Source: a virus. Taken from it: a DNA stretch of 64,000 bases. The first letter of the stretch is position 1; every line of letters begins with the position of its first letter. Shown one piece after another: positions 48,215 to 59,552 of the stretch. The stretch lies in the UHGV virus genome UHGV-0049167. One strand, written 5' to 3'. The notes beneath the pieces were generated by a model. The model saw nothing but the letters and a program-made list of their open reading frames with translations. It was not told where the DNA came from and ran no database searches. A program made the position numbers and the translations under genes.

Positions 48215-48967
48215 ATGGAAAATTTCTATTCGCAGATTTTGCAGAACAGTGGCGTGTTTTTGGGACGCACATTGGTTCAGGCGCATGGAAGCATAGGCGG
48301 GCATCGTCATGTTTTCGTAAAATGGCAGGGTAGCGGAAAGGACGGCTTGATATTCCCCACGGTAGGTGGAATATTGAAAAATCCGTTCAAGGGTAACGCT
48401 AAGATATATGCCGGTGACCTGATTGAGTATAATCCCGGCATAGTCGATGATAAGGGAGCGACATTGAAAGTTTTGAAAACTTATGAAGTCGCAAAAGAAG
48501 ACTCTTCAGGCACTGGAACTACCGTTTATCTCGTTCGTGACGGGTATCATCACATTCCATTCGTTGGTGACAACATCATGGTTGCGCCTTCATCCATAGA
48601 TGGTACGGGAACCGGTGTGACAGTCACTGCTGTTGAAAAGACGACGGAAGGTGGAGCTGATGTATGGAAACTTACTGTCAGTGCTGCTGTCGGTACTTTG
48701 ACAAAAGGTCAGGTGCTTGTGGAGGCTGCTGCTGCGGGCGCATCGCAAAAGGCGATGGTCACCAATCCCAATGCATATGCACCGTGTGATTTTGATTTCA
48801 TATTTGACCCGGCATCAGGCGATGATGATTTCGAGGGAGCGCGCTACATGATGACCCCCTGCATCGCAAACGAGGACACCAAACTTTACATCAACAAGAT
48901 GTCACCTCTGCCCGACACAATCAAGTCACTTAACCGTAGTCGGGTAGAAGGATGGTTTAACCTGTAA
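48215..48967 (+). CDS. phage head protein (decoration/capsid-associated, tentative)
   Basis: 250-aa ORF between scaffold-like and capsid-like genes. Confidence 0.4.
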   Translation: MENFYSQILQNSGVFLGRTLVQAHGSIGGHRHVFVKWQGSGKDGLIFPTVGGILKNPFKGNAKIYAGDLIEYNPGIVDDKGATLKVLKTYEVAKEDSSGTGTTVYLVRDGYHHIPFVGDNIMVAPSSIDGTGTGVTVTAVEKTTEGGADVWKLTVSAAVGTLTKGQVLVEAAAAGASQKAMVTNPNAYAPCDFDFIFDPASGDDDFEGARYMMTPCIANEDTKLYINKMSPLPDTIKSLNRSRVEGWFNL

Positions 48968-48988
48968 AAACAAGAGGAGGACAATACG

Positions 48989-50167
48989 ATGAAATTTGAC
49001 TTTAATAGTTCAAGATACGCCAAATTCTTTTCCGACAAGAGTAACAGGCGTTTCTTGCAGACATTCATTGATACGGAAGGTATCCTTTATACAAATTATG
49101 GTTGGTATCTGACGCAGGGACGACGAGCCTCTGCACCGACGCCTACTGATAACAGTGGTGTAGCCACGTTCACGGTCAAAGCCCGTAAGGCTGAAGCCGC
49201 TCCGCTTATGGACATGCGTGCTCCACTTGGTGACAGCAACCAGATGGATAAGGAAGGTCTGAGTTTCTACAGCGCGACCATTCCCGATTTCATCGCCCCA
49301 GGTTTTGTGGAGACTGCCATGGAACGTGAGTACCGCATCCGTCAGTTTGAACTGTTCGGTAACGATGCAGACATCGTAGCACAGTGGGTACATGAAGTAC
49401 AGATGCAGAAAGATTCTGCTGATGCCACTATGAATTATATGACCGCGCAACTTATGACCACAGGAAAGATAGATTACAGTACTATCGGACGTGGCATTAA
49501 AGCTCCGTTACATAAGGCAGACATCCCTGCGGAGAATTTTGTCAAGGCGGGTGAGAAAATATGGACTGCGGCTGACTGTAAGCTGCTTGAGCAAATGAAG
49601 AACATAGAGGACGCATACCGTGAGAAGCGCAACTATACCGGTGCGCTCGTTTGGCAGGTACCGCGTAAGATGTACTTTGAGATTATTCTCGAAAATGCAC
49701 AGGTTAAAGAACTTATCGCAGACTATAAAAAGAATCCACTGGCTTATCAGGCTACTACTGAAGGTCAGTCGTTCACAGAAGTCGCTTTCCGGCAGGCTGT
49801 AATAGACTATCAGGGTGTTTCGCCTATTGAGGTCGTTACTGAGAAAGAGCGTAACAAAACTCACACATCAGACACTTTCATCCATGGATGGAAAGAGAAC
49901 GTGGCGGTGCTTCGTCCAGCCGGAGACGCTGTCGAGTTTGAGTACACTGAAAATCTTGACCAGATAATGTTCAAGAAATATGGCTCCAAGGCTATAACCA
50001 AGGTGTTTGCCCAGACAAACAACGGGTTGGCTACCCTTGTGAATACGACACTTAACAATGGACAATATCAGGAATGGCATACAGACCTGATGATGTCAGC
50101 ATGTCCGGCTCTCATCGAGTTCCCTGACCATCTGATTGTAGACACATCAACAGCCGACACGGAATAA
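48989..50167 (+). CDS. putative major capsid protein
   Basis: 392 aa, size and position typical of HK97-fold capsid protein. Confidence 0.5.
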   Translation: MKFDFNSSRYAKFFSDKSNRRFLQTFIDTEGILYTNYGWYLTQGRRASAPTPTDNSGVATFTVKARKAEAAPLMDMRAPLGDSNQMDKEGLSFYSATIPDFIAPGFVETAMEREYRIRQFELFGNDADIVAQWVHEVQMQKDSADATMNYMTAQLMTTGKIDYSTIGRGIKAPLHKADIPAENFVKAGEKIWTAADCKLLEQMKNIEDAYREKRNYTGALVWQVPRKMYFEIILENAQVKELIADYKKNPLAYQATTEGQSFTEVAFRQAVIDYQGVSPIEVVTEKERNKTHTSDTFIHGWKENVAVLRPAGDAVEFEYTENLDQIMFKKYGSKAITKVFAQTNNGLATLVNTTLNNGQYQEWHTDLMMSACPALIEFPDHLIVDTSTADTE

Positions 50168-50193
50168 CGCCGTGTCGTGCCAACAATACGCTT

Positions 50194-50577
50194 ATGGATT
50201 GCAAATTCAATATAATCGAGGAGCTCAGCGGTCTTACGAGATTTGTCTTTGACAAGGCTCTGCTTGTGCGTATCGCGCGCGAGTGTGGTGTCTTGAATAT
50301 AACAAACCCGATAGATTTCACAAAAGACAGGAAGGAGGCATGTGAGATACTTCTGCTGAAGTCTGTCATTCTCGGACCGTACATGACAGCAAGCTCTACT
50401 AATCAGCATGGTGCGTGGACAAAGACCGTAGGAGCGGAACAGCTTGACTCAAATGCGATTGACCGTATTTTGTCCCGTCTCAGGTTTCTGTGCAAGAAAC
50501 ATGGAGACAACGATACCCTCGAAGAAGTCGAGTCACAGCTCGGTTATATGGAATGGATAAATGAGGAGGAGTGCTGA
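50194..50577 (+). CDS. head-tail connector/adaptor candidate
   Basis: 127-aa ORF after capsid gene. Confidence 0.35.
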   Translation: MDCKFNIIEELSGLTRFVFDKALLVRIARECGVLNITNPIDFTKDRKEACEILLLKSVILGPYMTASSTNQHGAWTKTVGAEQLDSNAIDRILSRLRFLCKKHGDNDTLEEVESQLGYMEWINEEEC

Positions 50578-50939
50578 TGTTCACAGACCGCAATTCTCAT
50601 ATAGAATTCGAATACAAGGGAACATTCTACCGCATAGACGACTACAAGAGTCCGGACGGTGACCTCATAGACAGCAACCAGAATGAGGAAGAGACCGTGA
50701 TACTTGAAACAATGTGTGACATACAGGAGACGCGCAAAGCGTTTGCCACTGATGTAATCAAGAAAGAATACACGGTTTACTTCCCTTTTAAAGCAGATGA
50801 CGGACTGCCTCCGGCATTAAAGCCTGGAATTTATTTCCGGTCAGAAATGTACGGAATGGCTATCGACGGTATGGTGACAGGTGTATATCCGACTCAGATG
50901 GGAGGATGCACGGCTTATATCACAGGCTCTGACGTATGA
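50577..50939 (+). CDS. head-tail joining protein candidate
   Basis: Internal ATG preceded by GAGGAGGA; 120 aa. Confidence 0.35.
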   Translation: MFTDRNSHIEFEYKGTFYRIDDYKSPDGDLIDSNQNEEETVILETMCDIQETRKAFATDVIKKEYTVYFPFKADDGLPPALKPGIYFRSEMYGMAIDGMVTGVYPTQMGGCTAYITGSDV

Positions 50940-50949
50940 CACGCGAGGT

Positions 50950-51399
50950 ATGGCAAAGACTCTGAAACAACAGGCTACAGAACAATTGATATCGCAGTTG
51001 GCGAATGAAGGTGTCCGTATACTCCGACAATGTGTGGAACAGCGTGACTACACACACCGCTCATATAACCTCTACGATAGCTATGGCTACGGGGTCTATA
51101 TGAGTGGCAAACTGCAACGCTACGGCTTTCTCGGTACGCAAAAAGCTTCAGACCCTCGCGAATGGTATGGAGAAAATGTCCGGGGGCGCGAAGAGATACT
51201 TGAATTCCTGACCTCCGGTTATAAGCCATCACAGAATATCGAGCTTGTCATTGCGGCAGCGATGCCTTACGCATCCGTATTGGAAAGCGGCAAGGGACTG
51301 AGGCATAAATATAAGGTCATATCAATGTCGTACGACATGTTGAGAGACATAGCTCAAAAATACAACGGAACTGTAAAGACGATAACAGGAAATGGATGA
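50950..51399 (+). CDS. phage structural protein candidate
   Basis: Internal ATG start MAKTLKQQ; 149 aa. Confidence 0.35.
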   Translation: MAKTLKQQATEQLISQLANEGVRILRQCVEQRDYTHRSYNLYDSYGYGVYMSGKLQRYGFLGTQKASDPREWYGENVRGREEILEFLTSGYKPSQNIELVIAAAMPYASVLESGKGLRHKYKVISMSYDMLRDIAQKYNGTVKTITGNG

Positions 51400-51787
51400 A
51401 AAGGCAAAAAGAATTTCGCGCATAGAGAATTTCTTTTCCATGCTGCTTACAGGCAAAGGAATATCTGACCACATATTTGTTGGCGACTTGCCGCCTACTA
51501 CGGGAAGAAGCTGGCAGAATATGGTTCTCGTAGATGTTAACAGGCATACAGATTACGACTCGCATGCTTCCGGTTCTGCATCCATATTCCTTTACGCACG
51601 CCCGAAAGGCACGGGACCGGTGAAGAATGTCGCCATGCTTGACAGTATGGAGGAAGCCTTGAACGTGACCATAAAAGAAGCACAGGACAACAGTTATGTG
51701 ATAAGCGAGAACTGGCGTGACTCGGGCTATGACAACGACCGCAACTTCCACTATAACATTGTGAACGTGAGCGTATTAATAAGATAA
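51392..51787 (+). CDS. phage structural protein candidate
   Basis: 131-aa ORF. Confidence 0.35.
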   Translation: MDEKAKRISRIENFFSMLLTGKGISDHIFVGDLPPTTGRSWQNMVLVDVNRHTDYDSHASGSASIFLYARPKGTGPVKNVAMLDSMEEALNVTIKEAQDNSYVISENWRDSGYDNDRNFHYNIVNVSVLIR

Positions 51788-51826
51788 CAGGATAACAACA
51801 CAAAATTAAAGAAAGGAAATAATATC

Positions 51827-52429
51827 ATGGCAACAGTAAAGAAAACAGGAGCTACATCTGTAAAGGTGGCAAAGCCTAAATTCATTTTCGCTACTCTGTT
51901 GACTAAAGGCAGTGGTGGAGAATATGAAAAAAGTGATACTACATACCAGTTCGAACATGTATTGCGTGACAGCACATCGCTGACGCAGGACGAGAACACG
52001 ACCAACGCCATTGAGAACGAAGTCTCTGACGAGGCTATCATGCAGAATGTGACACTTGGCGCATGGCAGTTCACATCCACTATTGAGGATATTCAGAAAG
52101 ACCTCGTAAAGGATATGTGTGGCTTCACGGTTGATGGGGAGAAAGCTTATGCACCGGCTTCATACACGGAAAGGTTTGCGGAAGTCGCAGTCGTGCTTGA
52201 CGCAGGAACGGACGCTGAAGGAGAGCAGAAGTATGTCGCATATGTCGTTCCGAAACTGCAACTCAATACCAGACTGATTCTTGAGTCTCTTAGTACAAGC
52301 ATGGCTGGATTCACCCTTGCCGGAACAGCACAGTCTACAGAAATGACAATCACAGGGAGCAAGACTGTAAGCTCTCCGATGTACATTGATATGGACTATA
52401 CTCTGCCGACGGCAGGTGTCGGTGGATAA
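51827..52429 (+). CDS. putative major tail (tube) protein
   Basis: 200 aa, positioned before chaperone pair and tape measure. Confidence 0.45.
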   Translation: MATVKKTGATSVKVAKPKFIFATLLTKGSGGEYEKSDTTYQFEHVLRDSTSLTQDENTTNAIENEVSDEAIMQNVTLGAWQFTSTIEDIQKDLVKDMCGFTVDGEKAYAPASYTERFAEVAVVLDAGTDAEGEQKYVAYVVPKLQLNTRLILESLSTSMAGFTLAGTAQSTEMTITGSKTVSSPMYIDMDYTLPTAGVGG

Positions 52430-52526
52430 CAGGAGCGGTTTGATTGGTTTTCAGGGATAACAATTATTATTTGGCAGGGGCGGCGGCAGACATTACCGCC
52501 GCCCTTTTCGATAAAATCACAACTAT

Positions 52527-53042
52527 ATGAAAAACGACAGCAAAGGTAAGGTCACGCCTCAGACACCGCTCTCAGATGAAGCCATGGAGGCTCTTGTGCG
52601 GCTGATGAACGACAGTCCCACGGTGAAAAAGCTCCATGGTACGGAATGGGAGATACATGCGCTGAAACCCGGTGCTCAGTGGCTGATAGCAGAGGAAGCG
52701 TGCAAGATTGTTAAGAAAGAAAAGATGTCAATGGGTGACGTGATAAAGGAAATGGCAGGAAATATCCCGTCGGTCGCGCGTATACTCACAATAGCACTGC
52801 TCAACGATAAGGATAGAATCAACAGCGACGAATACAATAAGGTCTACGACACGCTTCTTTGGGGAGATTACAGGCAAAGGGATTGGGCTGAATTGCTTTT
52901 CGAGATTATAAAGCTTATGGAAGTGGATTTTTTCTTCGCGAATACCAATGCGGTTCAGACGTTGAGAGAGACGACGCTCGGAAGAAAGATGACGGAGGAG
53001 GAACAAGAATCATCCCGTCACGCACGGAATGGGGTCAAATGA
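52527..53042 (+). CDS. putative tail assembly chaperone
   Basis: 171 aa immediately upstream of tape measure. Confidence 0.4.
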   Translation: MKNDSKGKVTPQTPLSDEAMEALVRLMNDSPTVKKLHGTEWEIHALKPGAQWLIAEEACKIVKKEKMSMGDVIKEMAGNIPSVARILTIALLNDKDRINSDEYNKVYDTLLWGDYRQRDWAELLFEIIKLMEVDFFFANTNAVQTLRETTLGRKMTEEEQESSRHARNGVK

Positions 53043-53242
53043 TTGATTTCCTACGTGCCAACCCGTGGTGTTCGCGTGAAGAATATTTATGGAGTATGAC
53101 TGTATCGCAGATACGGCTTGCATCTCTTGATTTCTCTCATGTGGAATATATGGACAAAGGCGACAGCAGCCAGCATACTATAAACATCGAGAGTGCTGAT
53201 GACCTGAAAAACCTTAGTGACCTCGGTTTCCCAATAATTTGA
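53039..53242 (+). CDS. small protein between chaperone and tape measure
   Basis: 67 aa, ATGA overlap with chaperone gene. Confidence 0.3.
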   Translation: MIDFLRANPWCSREEYLWSMTVSQIRLASLDFSHVEYMDKGDSSQHTINIESADDLKNLSDLGFPII

Positions 53243-53266
53243 TAACCAATAAAAAGAGACATATTT

Positions 53267-56200
53267 ATGAGCGGAGAAATTGGAAGCGCACTTGTAATAC
53301 CTGAAAGCGTACTTGACTCATTTAAAGATGCTGATGAATGGTTGGCAAAATTACAAAAGAGGATTTATGATACCGGTGATATTTCCGGAAGGTCTTTTGG
53401 TAAAATGGTAAATGGGACAACCCGTTTTTCCTCGGTGCTTGACGCTGTCATACAAAAGCTGAAGGAAGTGGAGAAATCGTCGGTAAACGCCTCTACGGCA
53501 TTTAATGCCATGAGCGGGGCAAAATTCGGGAATGCGGCAACGCAGGCGGAGAAGCTGAACACAAGTATAGTGAGAGCAGCGGAAAACATAGAGAGGCTCA
53601 CATCTGCTACAAGAGACAGACAAGGCGATTCCGGACTGAAGAACATCAGTGTTACATTAGATGCTCTATGGAAAAAATTAAAAGATACCCGCGTAGAGCT
53701 GGAGCTGTATTGGAAGTATATATCTACAGGTAAAAAGGACAATGTCGAATTTGGGCAAAAGGGACTTAATGAAGCATCCAAGACTGCTGATGCGCTTATG
53801 CGACAAATCACTGCTCTTGACGCTGCCTATAAACAGCTACGGAGGAGTTCAGCCAACGTAAATGACATGAAAGGGCAGACGCTCGCGGACATGCGACAGT
53901 CTGACATTTTGAGGAAAATGTCAGAATATTACCGTGATATGGAACGGTCGTCTGCTGCTGCGGCAAAAGAAGCCGAGAAGAGAGCCAGGTCGGAGGAAAA
54001 AGCGGCAAAAGCCCAATCTAAAATATACCAGCAACAGAACTATGCCCGTAATACCACATATGCGGGAGCGTTAAGCTTTGCTGAGGACGCAAATACGATA
54101 AACCGACGTACCCAAGCCATTAAATACTTGCAGGAGGCTCGCGCAGCACTGTCTGCCACAGACAGTGAGTATGCATCCAAGCTTCGTACCCTTAATGACC
54201 GTATCAAGCAGTTGAATGCCGCAAATAACGAGGCTATAGCGGGAAGCAAAAACCTTGTGAACGAGCATCGTCGTCTGTTCGATATAACCGGGCAGCTGTC
54301 ACGGTCGTTTGCGCTCCTGTTTTCAGTGTCGCAGATACGTGGATATATTGCAAATGTCGCTACGGTACGTGGGGAGTTCGAGATGTCACAACGCTCACTT
54401 GAAGCGATACTGCAAAACAAGACACAGGCTGACGAAATTTTTGCCAAGACGGTTGAACTTGCCGTTAAATCGCCTTTTCGCATAAAGGACTTGGTTCAGT
54501 ATACACGGCAGCTTGCCGCCTACCGTATAGAATCAGACAAACTGTTTGATACCACCAAACGCCTTGCTGATGTCTCTGCAGGTCTTGGCGTGGATATGCA
54601 GAGACTTATTCTTGCTTACGGACAGGTAAAGGCTGCCGCATATCTGCGCGGTTCGGAAGTACGCCAGTTCACGGAGGCAGGTGTGAATATGTACGGGGAA
54701 CTGCAACGTTATTTTCAGGAGGTCAAAGGTGAGGCATATACCACAGCGCAAATTGTTGACATGATAAGCAAGCGCATGGTGACGTTCCAAGACGTGGAAG
54801 CTGTCTTTGAGAGAATGACAAGTGACGGAGGCATCTTCTTCAACATGCAGGAGATACAGGCTGAAACCTTGCAGGGCAAGATAAGCAATTTCCAGGACTC
54901 TCTTGATGTCATGTTAAATTCCATAGGCAAGGCAAACGAAGGTCTCTTGAAGGGTGCGATAGATGGAGCGACGGCATTGCTTGAACATTGGGAGGAACTT
55001 GTGGACGTCGGCAAGGCACTTGCAGCCATACTTCTTACAATCAAAGCACGTTCAATGTTCCTGAACTCGACGTTGGGAATCGCTTTTACACAAGCAGACA
55101 CAAAAGGTCTCGCGCGTTACAAAGCCTTGTTTGTCAACGCTTTCACCAGCATGGGAAATGCTGTAAAATCTTTTGGGACAATCGCAAAAACATCTCTTGT
55201 CGGACTCGGAATTTTTGCTGCCATCGAATTGATAACAACCGCAATAGGTAAATGGAGCGATTATAATAAAAAAGTCAAGGAGGCGCAGGAAGATACCATA
55301 AAGACAAGAGAAGAAATAAGGAAAATATCAAGTGCTTATAATGACCTCGCGGATACGGCAACAACCGCTGACACAAAGGATTTGCAGAAAAACATTGACA
55401 AACGTAGGATTGCCCTGCAAAGGCTCATTGACAGCGCGGCGAAAGACGGTCTGGTATTAAAGATAAACGTGGAGGAGGTAAAAGATGAGGATTTAAACAA
55501 GACGTTTGACAGTGTAGAGAAGAAATATAAGGATTTCGTTGATGAACTGGAGATAATCAGGCGGAACTATGCCGAGAGTAACAGAAAATTGGTCTTTGAT
55601 GGAATTGACGATGACCGTGAAGATTACAAAAACGCTGTTCTTGACTTTCTTTCACAATCGTCCAAAATAGAAACAGCCGTTGCTATAGTGAATGCCAATT
55701 ATGACAAGGCAACGGCAGCCACAAAGAAATATTTTGACGAGATAAGGGCAGGGCAGAAAGCCGGCGAATCGAACCTTGATTATATGCGGCGAATGGCAGC
55801 AGCCTTGCAGCAAATGAATGTGCATTTAGGAGGAAATATTTATGCAACTCCAGGATGGCTGGACGGAGTGGAGGGGATGGTAGACATTGTGGACACCTAC
55901 AATTCTGTAGAGAAAGCCGGGGCTGCGTTGGAGAAAGAGTACGAGAAAGTGTTCGGGGACTTGCGTGATAAATACAAAAACGACCCGATTAAGATAAAAG
56001 CCGCTATTGATAAGGTCGCAGCTGAAGAGGATTGGAGCCAATATGACCGGGAGTTGGCTTACAGACATTTTGGAATCAATGTCAAGATAAACAAGGACAC
56101 TATGGAGCAGGAGGTATCGTGGGTTGATGACTACCTCTCGAATTTCTTTGCCAAGAAAAAGTACGGAGTCAGCCTTGTTGTAAAGGAAGTCACGGATGGA

Positions 56201-59014
56201 AAGGCTCTTAGCGAATTTCTTAAGAAGGGTGACGACGCAGCGAAAGCGGCTAAGAACTGGCAAGAGCTTGAAAGACGAATATCGGCTGTTGGTAAGAATG
56301 TCAAGCAAATTAAGGTTGATGACTCTATAAGAAAATTGTTTAAGGCTGGAGATATAAGGCTAAGTGGAGAAACAATAGATGTTTCGACATTAAAAGACGT
56401 AATCGCTGAATACAAGAAAGCCGCGACTGAAACGTCTGAAAGTCTTGGTGTTGACCCTTTTTCTAAAGAAAATGCCAAGAGTGCCAAGTCTGCCGCCAAG
56501 CAGCAGCGTGACATCCTTCAGGAGCAGATTTCTCTTCTGAAAGAGATGATGGAGGTGTATGAGAAACTGACGCCTATGATTAGCGATGAAAACGCGGCAA
56601 AGAGAGTCCTGGAAGAATACCGTGACGACCTTCAGTATGTGAAGATGGACAAGAGTATCATAGACTCGTTCGTGCCGACTAAAGAAGGTATGATAAAAGC
56701 CTTGAATCAGCTTTTGCCAACGATAACGGACTTCAAGAAAAAGGCTGAGGTGATGAAGCTGATAAGCAAGTATGAGATAGAAATCGACTCTGACGAATTG
56801 AAAAAGCAGCTTGATGGTGCCGAGAAGGAAGCTGACCGCATATTCTCCAATCTCGACCTATTTAGAAAGCTGAAGGAGCAAGGGCTTGACGACGGTGCAA
56901 TACAGCGTATGTTCGGCAATCTGACAATGAGTTTTGAGGATGCGAGGAAACAGCTTGACTCCCTGTATGCCGACAAGCAGGGCGGGGATTGGACTAAGCA
57001 GAAAGAAGAGCAGTTCGATAAGCTCACGAAGAAAATCAACGATTTCAACCTTGCACAGACTCAGGACATCCTAAAGGATTACGGCAAACAGCTTGACGAA
57101 CGCCTGAAACTTGACCTGTGGTATATCAATGAGCGCGCAAAAATTGAGAATAAAGAGCTGAAGTTTACGCCAGAGCAACGTGAAGAATATATACAAGCCC
57201 TTGACAGGCAAAAAGCAGAAAAAGCAGCAAATCTTGAATGGGAGCAGTTTAAGAATACCGAAACATACATTGAGATGTTCAACAATCTCGACAATGTGTC
57301 CTCACACATGTTGGAGCGCATGAGAGAGAAGCTTGAAGCCCTTAAAAGTTCTCTGAAAGGTCTGTCCCCTGAACAGCTTAAAGTCATTCAGGAACAGATA
57401 AACAAAATCGACGATGAGATACTGGAACGCAATCCGTTGAAAGATTTTGGTAAAAATCTCAATCAATTTTCCAATGCTTCAAAAAGTATAAAAGAACTTG
57501 AAAAAACATATGATGTTGAGAAGCAAAAACTTGAAGAACTTGAAGACAAACTCGATGAAGCGGCTGAACACGTCAACAAGTTAAACGAGGCATATGCAAA
57601 ACTCTCCGACAGTGACAAGCGAGGTGATGCTGGGACAGAACTCAATAATGAGATAAATGACGCGAAAAGGCAATACGACGAAATAAATAAAAAGGTTAAT
57701 GAGCAGGAGAAAAACGTTGCCAATGTCACGAAAGAACTCAATAAGTGGCAAAGAATGCTCAAAACTCTTGGAGGGCAGTTTGAGTATATCGGTTCATGGT
57801 TCGGTGCCATTTCATCAGGAGTAACCGAAATATCCGCCAACCTTGAAAACGTTTTCGGCACAATGTCTGACGGCATCCGTGACACAATCGAGAGCATTTC
57901 CGATATTGCAGGAGGATTGGGACAGACTGCCAGCGGCATAGGGCAACTTGTCGCGCCAGGTGGATTGCTCAACCCCTCGGCATGGGTAAGCACCATTGGC
58001 GGTATTACTAAGACCATAGGCTCATTATTCAATATCGGAGACAAGAAAAAAGAACGTCAGATAAAAAGACTGACAGAGCAGGTCGAGAGCCTCCAACATG
58101 CCTATGAAAACCTTGAACAAGAACAGTCTGATGCATGGAGCATTACAGAACTTGATAAATACACGGAGAAGCTGAAGGATAATCTCGAAATGCAAAATGC
58201 CAACCTGCGTGCTATGATTGCTGCGGAGGAGGACAAGAAGAAAAAGGATAAGGACCGCATAAAGGAGTGGCGGGAACAGATAGAGGAAAATGAGAAAGCA
58301 ATAAAAAAGGCACAAGACACATTGCAGGAGGAAATTGGAGGATTCGGCTCAAAGGCAAATTATAAGTCTGCGGCACAAGCTTTTGCGGACGCATGGGTTG
58401 ACGCATTCAATGAAGGTTCTGACACACTCGCTGCACTTGAAAGCCAATTGGATGAGGTGTTTGATAATTTGTTAAAAAAACAAGTCAGCTATCGTGTGGC
58501 AGACAATATTATCAACAGTTTGTTGAAGCCTCTTGACGATGCGCTTGTGAATTATGACGGTTCATCGTCTTCATTGCAAAGTCTGAGACAATCATTGGAG
58601 AAAATACGCGAGGAATCTCCAGAAACGCTTAAAGCGTTTGACGAAGCCATGAAATCAATCGCAGATATCCTCGGGTTTAAATTTGGTGCCGGTGCGGATT
58701 CTGAATCAAGCCTTTCTGCCCTGCAGCAGGGCATACAAGGAGTAACGGAACAAACGGCTGAAGCCCTTGAAGCTTTGCTTAACTCTATTCGCTTCTTTGT
58801 CGCGAAACAGACTGAGGACATAGCTGCCATCCGAGCCTTGTTGTCGGGCAGTCAGTCCATCGACATGTCCTCAACCGACAATCCGATGGTTACCATACTG
58901 CGTGAACAGGCAGGGTATTTAAGAAGTATGTTATCTATAATGACTGATATGTGGAACCAAGCCTTTGCTCCGGGACATCCCAAAGGCGGCAGAGGATTAA
59001 AGGTTTTCATGTAG
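53267..59014 (+). CDS. tail tape measure protein
   Basis: 1915 aa, long coiled-coil regions, hydrophobic central segments (SLVGLGIFAAIELITTAIG). Confidence 0.85.
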   Translation: MSGEIGSALVIPESVLDSFKDADEWLAKLQKRIYDTGDISGRSFGKMVNGTTRFSSVLDAVIQKLKEVEKSSVNASTAFNAMSGAKFGNAATQAEKLNTSIVRAAENIERLTSATRDRQGDSGLKNISVTLDALWKKLKDTRVELELYWKYISTGKKDNVEFGQKGLNEASKTADALMRQITALDAAYKQLRRSSANVNDMKGQTLADMRQSDILRKMSEYYRDMERSSAAAAKEAEKRARSEEKAAKAQSKIYQQQNYARNTTYAGALSFAEDANTINRRTQAIKYLQEARAALSATDSEYASKLRTLNDRIKQLNAANNEAIAGSKNLVNEHRRLFDITGQLSRSFALLFSVSQIRGYIANVATVRGEFEMSQRSLEAILQNKTQADEIFAKTVELAVKSPFRIKDLVQYTRQLAAYRIESDKLFDTTKRLADVSAGLGVDMQRLILAYGQVKAAAYLRGSEVRQFTEAGVNMYGELQRYFQEVKGEAYTTAQIVDMISKRMVTFQDVEAVFERMTSDGGIFFNMQEIQAETLQGKISNFQDSLDVMLNSIGKANEGLLKGAIDGATALLEHWEELVDVGKALAAILLTIKARSMFLNSTLGIAFTQADTKGLARYKALFVNAFTSMGNAVKSFGTIAKTSLVGLGIFAAIELITTAIGKWSDYNKKVKEAQEDTIKTREEIRKISSAYNDLADTATTADTKDLQKNIDKRRIALQRLIDSAAKDGLVLKINVEEVKDEDLNKTFDSVEKKYKDFVDELEIIRRNYAESNRKLVFDGIDDDREDYKNAVLDFLSQSSKIETAVAIVNANYDKATAATKKYFDEIRAGQKAGESNLDYMRRMAAALQQMNVHLGGNIYATPGWLDGVEGMVDIVDTYNSVEKAGAALEKEYEKVFGDLRDKYKNDPIKIKAAIDKVAAEEDWSQYDRELAYRHFGINVKINKDTMEQEVSWVDDYLSNFFAKKKYGVSLVVKEVTDGKALSEFLKKGDDAAKAAKNWQELERRISAVGKNVKQIKVDDSIRKLFKAGDIRLSGETIDVSTLKDVIAEYKKAATETSESLGVDPFSKENAKSAKSAAKQQRDILQEQISLLKEMMEVYEKLTPMISDENAAKRVLEEYRDDLQYVKMDKSIIDSFVPTKEGMIKALNQLLPTITDFKKKAEVMKLISKYEIEIDSDELKKQLDGAEKEADRIFSNLDLFRKLKEQGLDDGAIQRMFGNLTMSFEDARKQLDSLYADKQGGDWTKQKEEQFDKLTKKINDFNLAQTQDILKDYGKQLDERLKLDLWYINERAKIENKELKFTPEQREEYIQALDRQKAEKAANLEWEQFKNTETYIEMFNNLDNVSSHMLERMREKLEALKSSLKGLSPEQLKVIQEQINKIDDEILERNPLKDFGKNLNQFSNASKSIKELEKTYDVEKQKLEELEDKLDEAAEHVNKLNEAYAKLSDSDKRGDAGTELNNEINDAKRQYDEINKKVNEQEKNVANVTKELNKWQRMLKTLGGQFEYIGSWFGAISSGVTEISANLENVFGTMSDGIRDTIESISDIAGGLGQTASGIGQLVAPGGLLNPSAWVSTIGGITKTIGSLFNIGDKKKERQIKRLTEQVESLQHAYENLEQEQSDAWSITELDKYTEKLKDNLEMQNANLRAMIAAEEDKKKKDKDRIKEWREQIEENEKAIKKAQDTLQEEIGGFGSKANYKSAAQAFADAWVDAFNEGSDTLAALESQLDEVFDNLLKKQVSYRVADNIINSLLKPLDDALVNYDGSSSSLQSLRQSLEKIREESPETLKAFDEAMKSIADILGFKFGAGADSESSLSALQQGIQGVTEQTAEALEALLNSIRFFVAKQTEDIAAIRALLSGSQSIDMSSTDNPMVTILREQAGYLRSMLSIMTDMWNQAFAPGHPKGGRGLKVFM

Positions 59015-59098
59015 ACTCTATACTCATACGCTGGGCAAGAGTATAAAAAGCCCCGGCACCTGAAAGTTTTGTCGCCAAACAAACCTTATAATACGATA

Positions 59099-59416
59099 AT
59101 GCCTACCGTAGAAGTGCCGAGGCGTATGACTCCGACCTACGATAGGCATTATTATTTAAATAAGATTTGTTTGGCATCTGCAAATTTAAAAAAATTTTTT
59201 GATATGACAAGATTTTCAGGGAAGAATAGACGAGAAAGTACAATAATTCGTGATAACAATGTTCATAAGCTGTATCACGATTTATGTTTAGAGCTTGGCA
59301 ATGTGTCAACAGTTGTCTCAAAGCAATATATTTATGAACGGATAAGCGAAAAAATTGGACTGGGACGGCAAACTATAGCATTTATCCTTAACCACACAAA
59401 ACCAACAAAAAAATAG
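59099..59416 (+). CDS. small protein with C-terminal HTH-like segment
   Basis: Internal ATG; VSKQYIYERISEKIGLGRQTIAFILNH; AT-rich context. Confidence 0.35.
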   Translation: MPTVEVPRRMTPTYDRHYYLNKICLASANLKKFFDMTRFSGKNRRESTIIRDNNVHKLYHDLCLELGNVSTVVSKQYIYERISEKIGLGRQTIAFILNHTKPTKK

Positions 59417-59552
59417 TATTTAATAATTACCGTTTTTAAGGTATTTGTTGTGTTTTTATCGGTAAGTAACTTTTCATTTAGGTTTAGGTTTTTGCGAACT
59501 TTGCTGCACGGTTAATATTGACCGCAACAACACAACAAACAATCTGAACTTT

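Noticed and set aside
52527-53242. Programmed -1 frameshift between tail chaperone ORFs
   Set aside because: Two adjacent ORFs before the tape measure fit the classic arrangement, but I could not identify a slippery heptamer; left as two separate ORFs
53351-58830. Minus-strand ORFs inside the tape measure gene (for example 53365-53811, 54040-54483, 57463-58044)
   Set aside because: Antisense to the 1915-aa tape measure ORF; Ser/Cys/Leu-rich low-complexity translations
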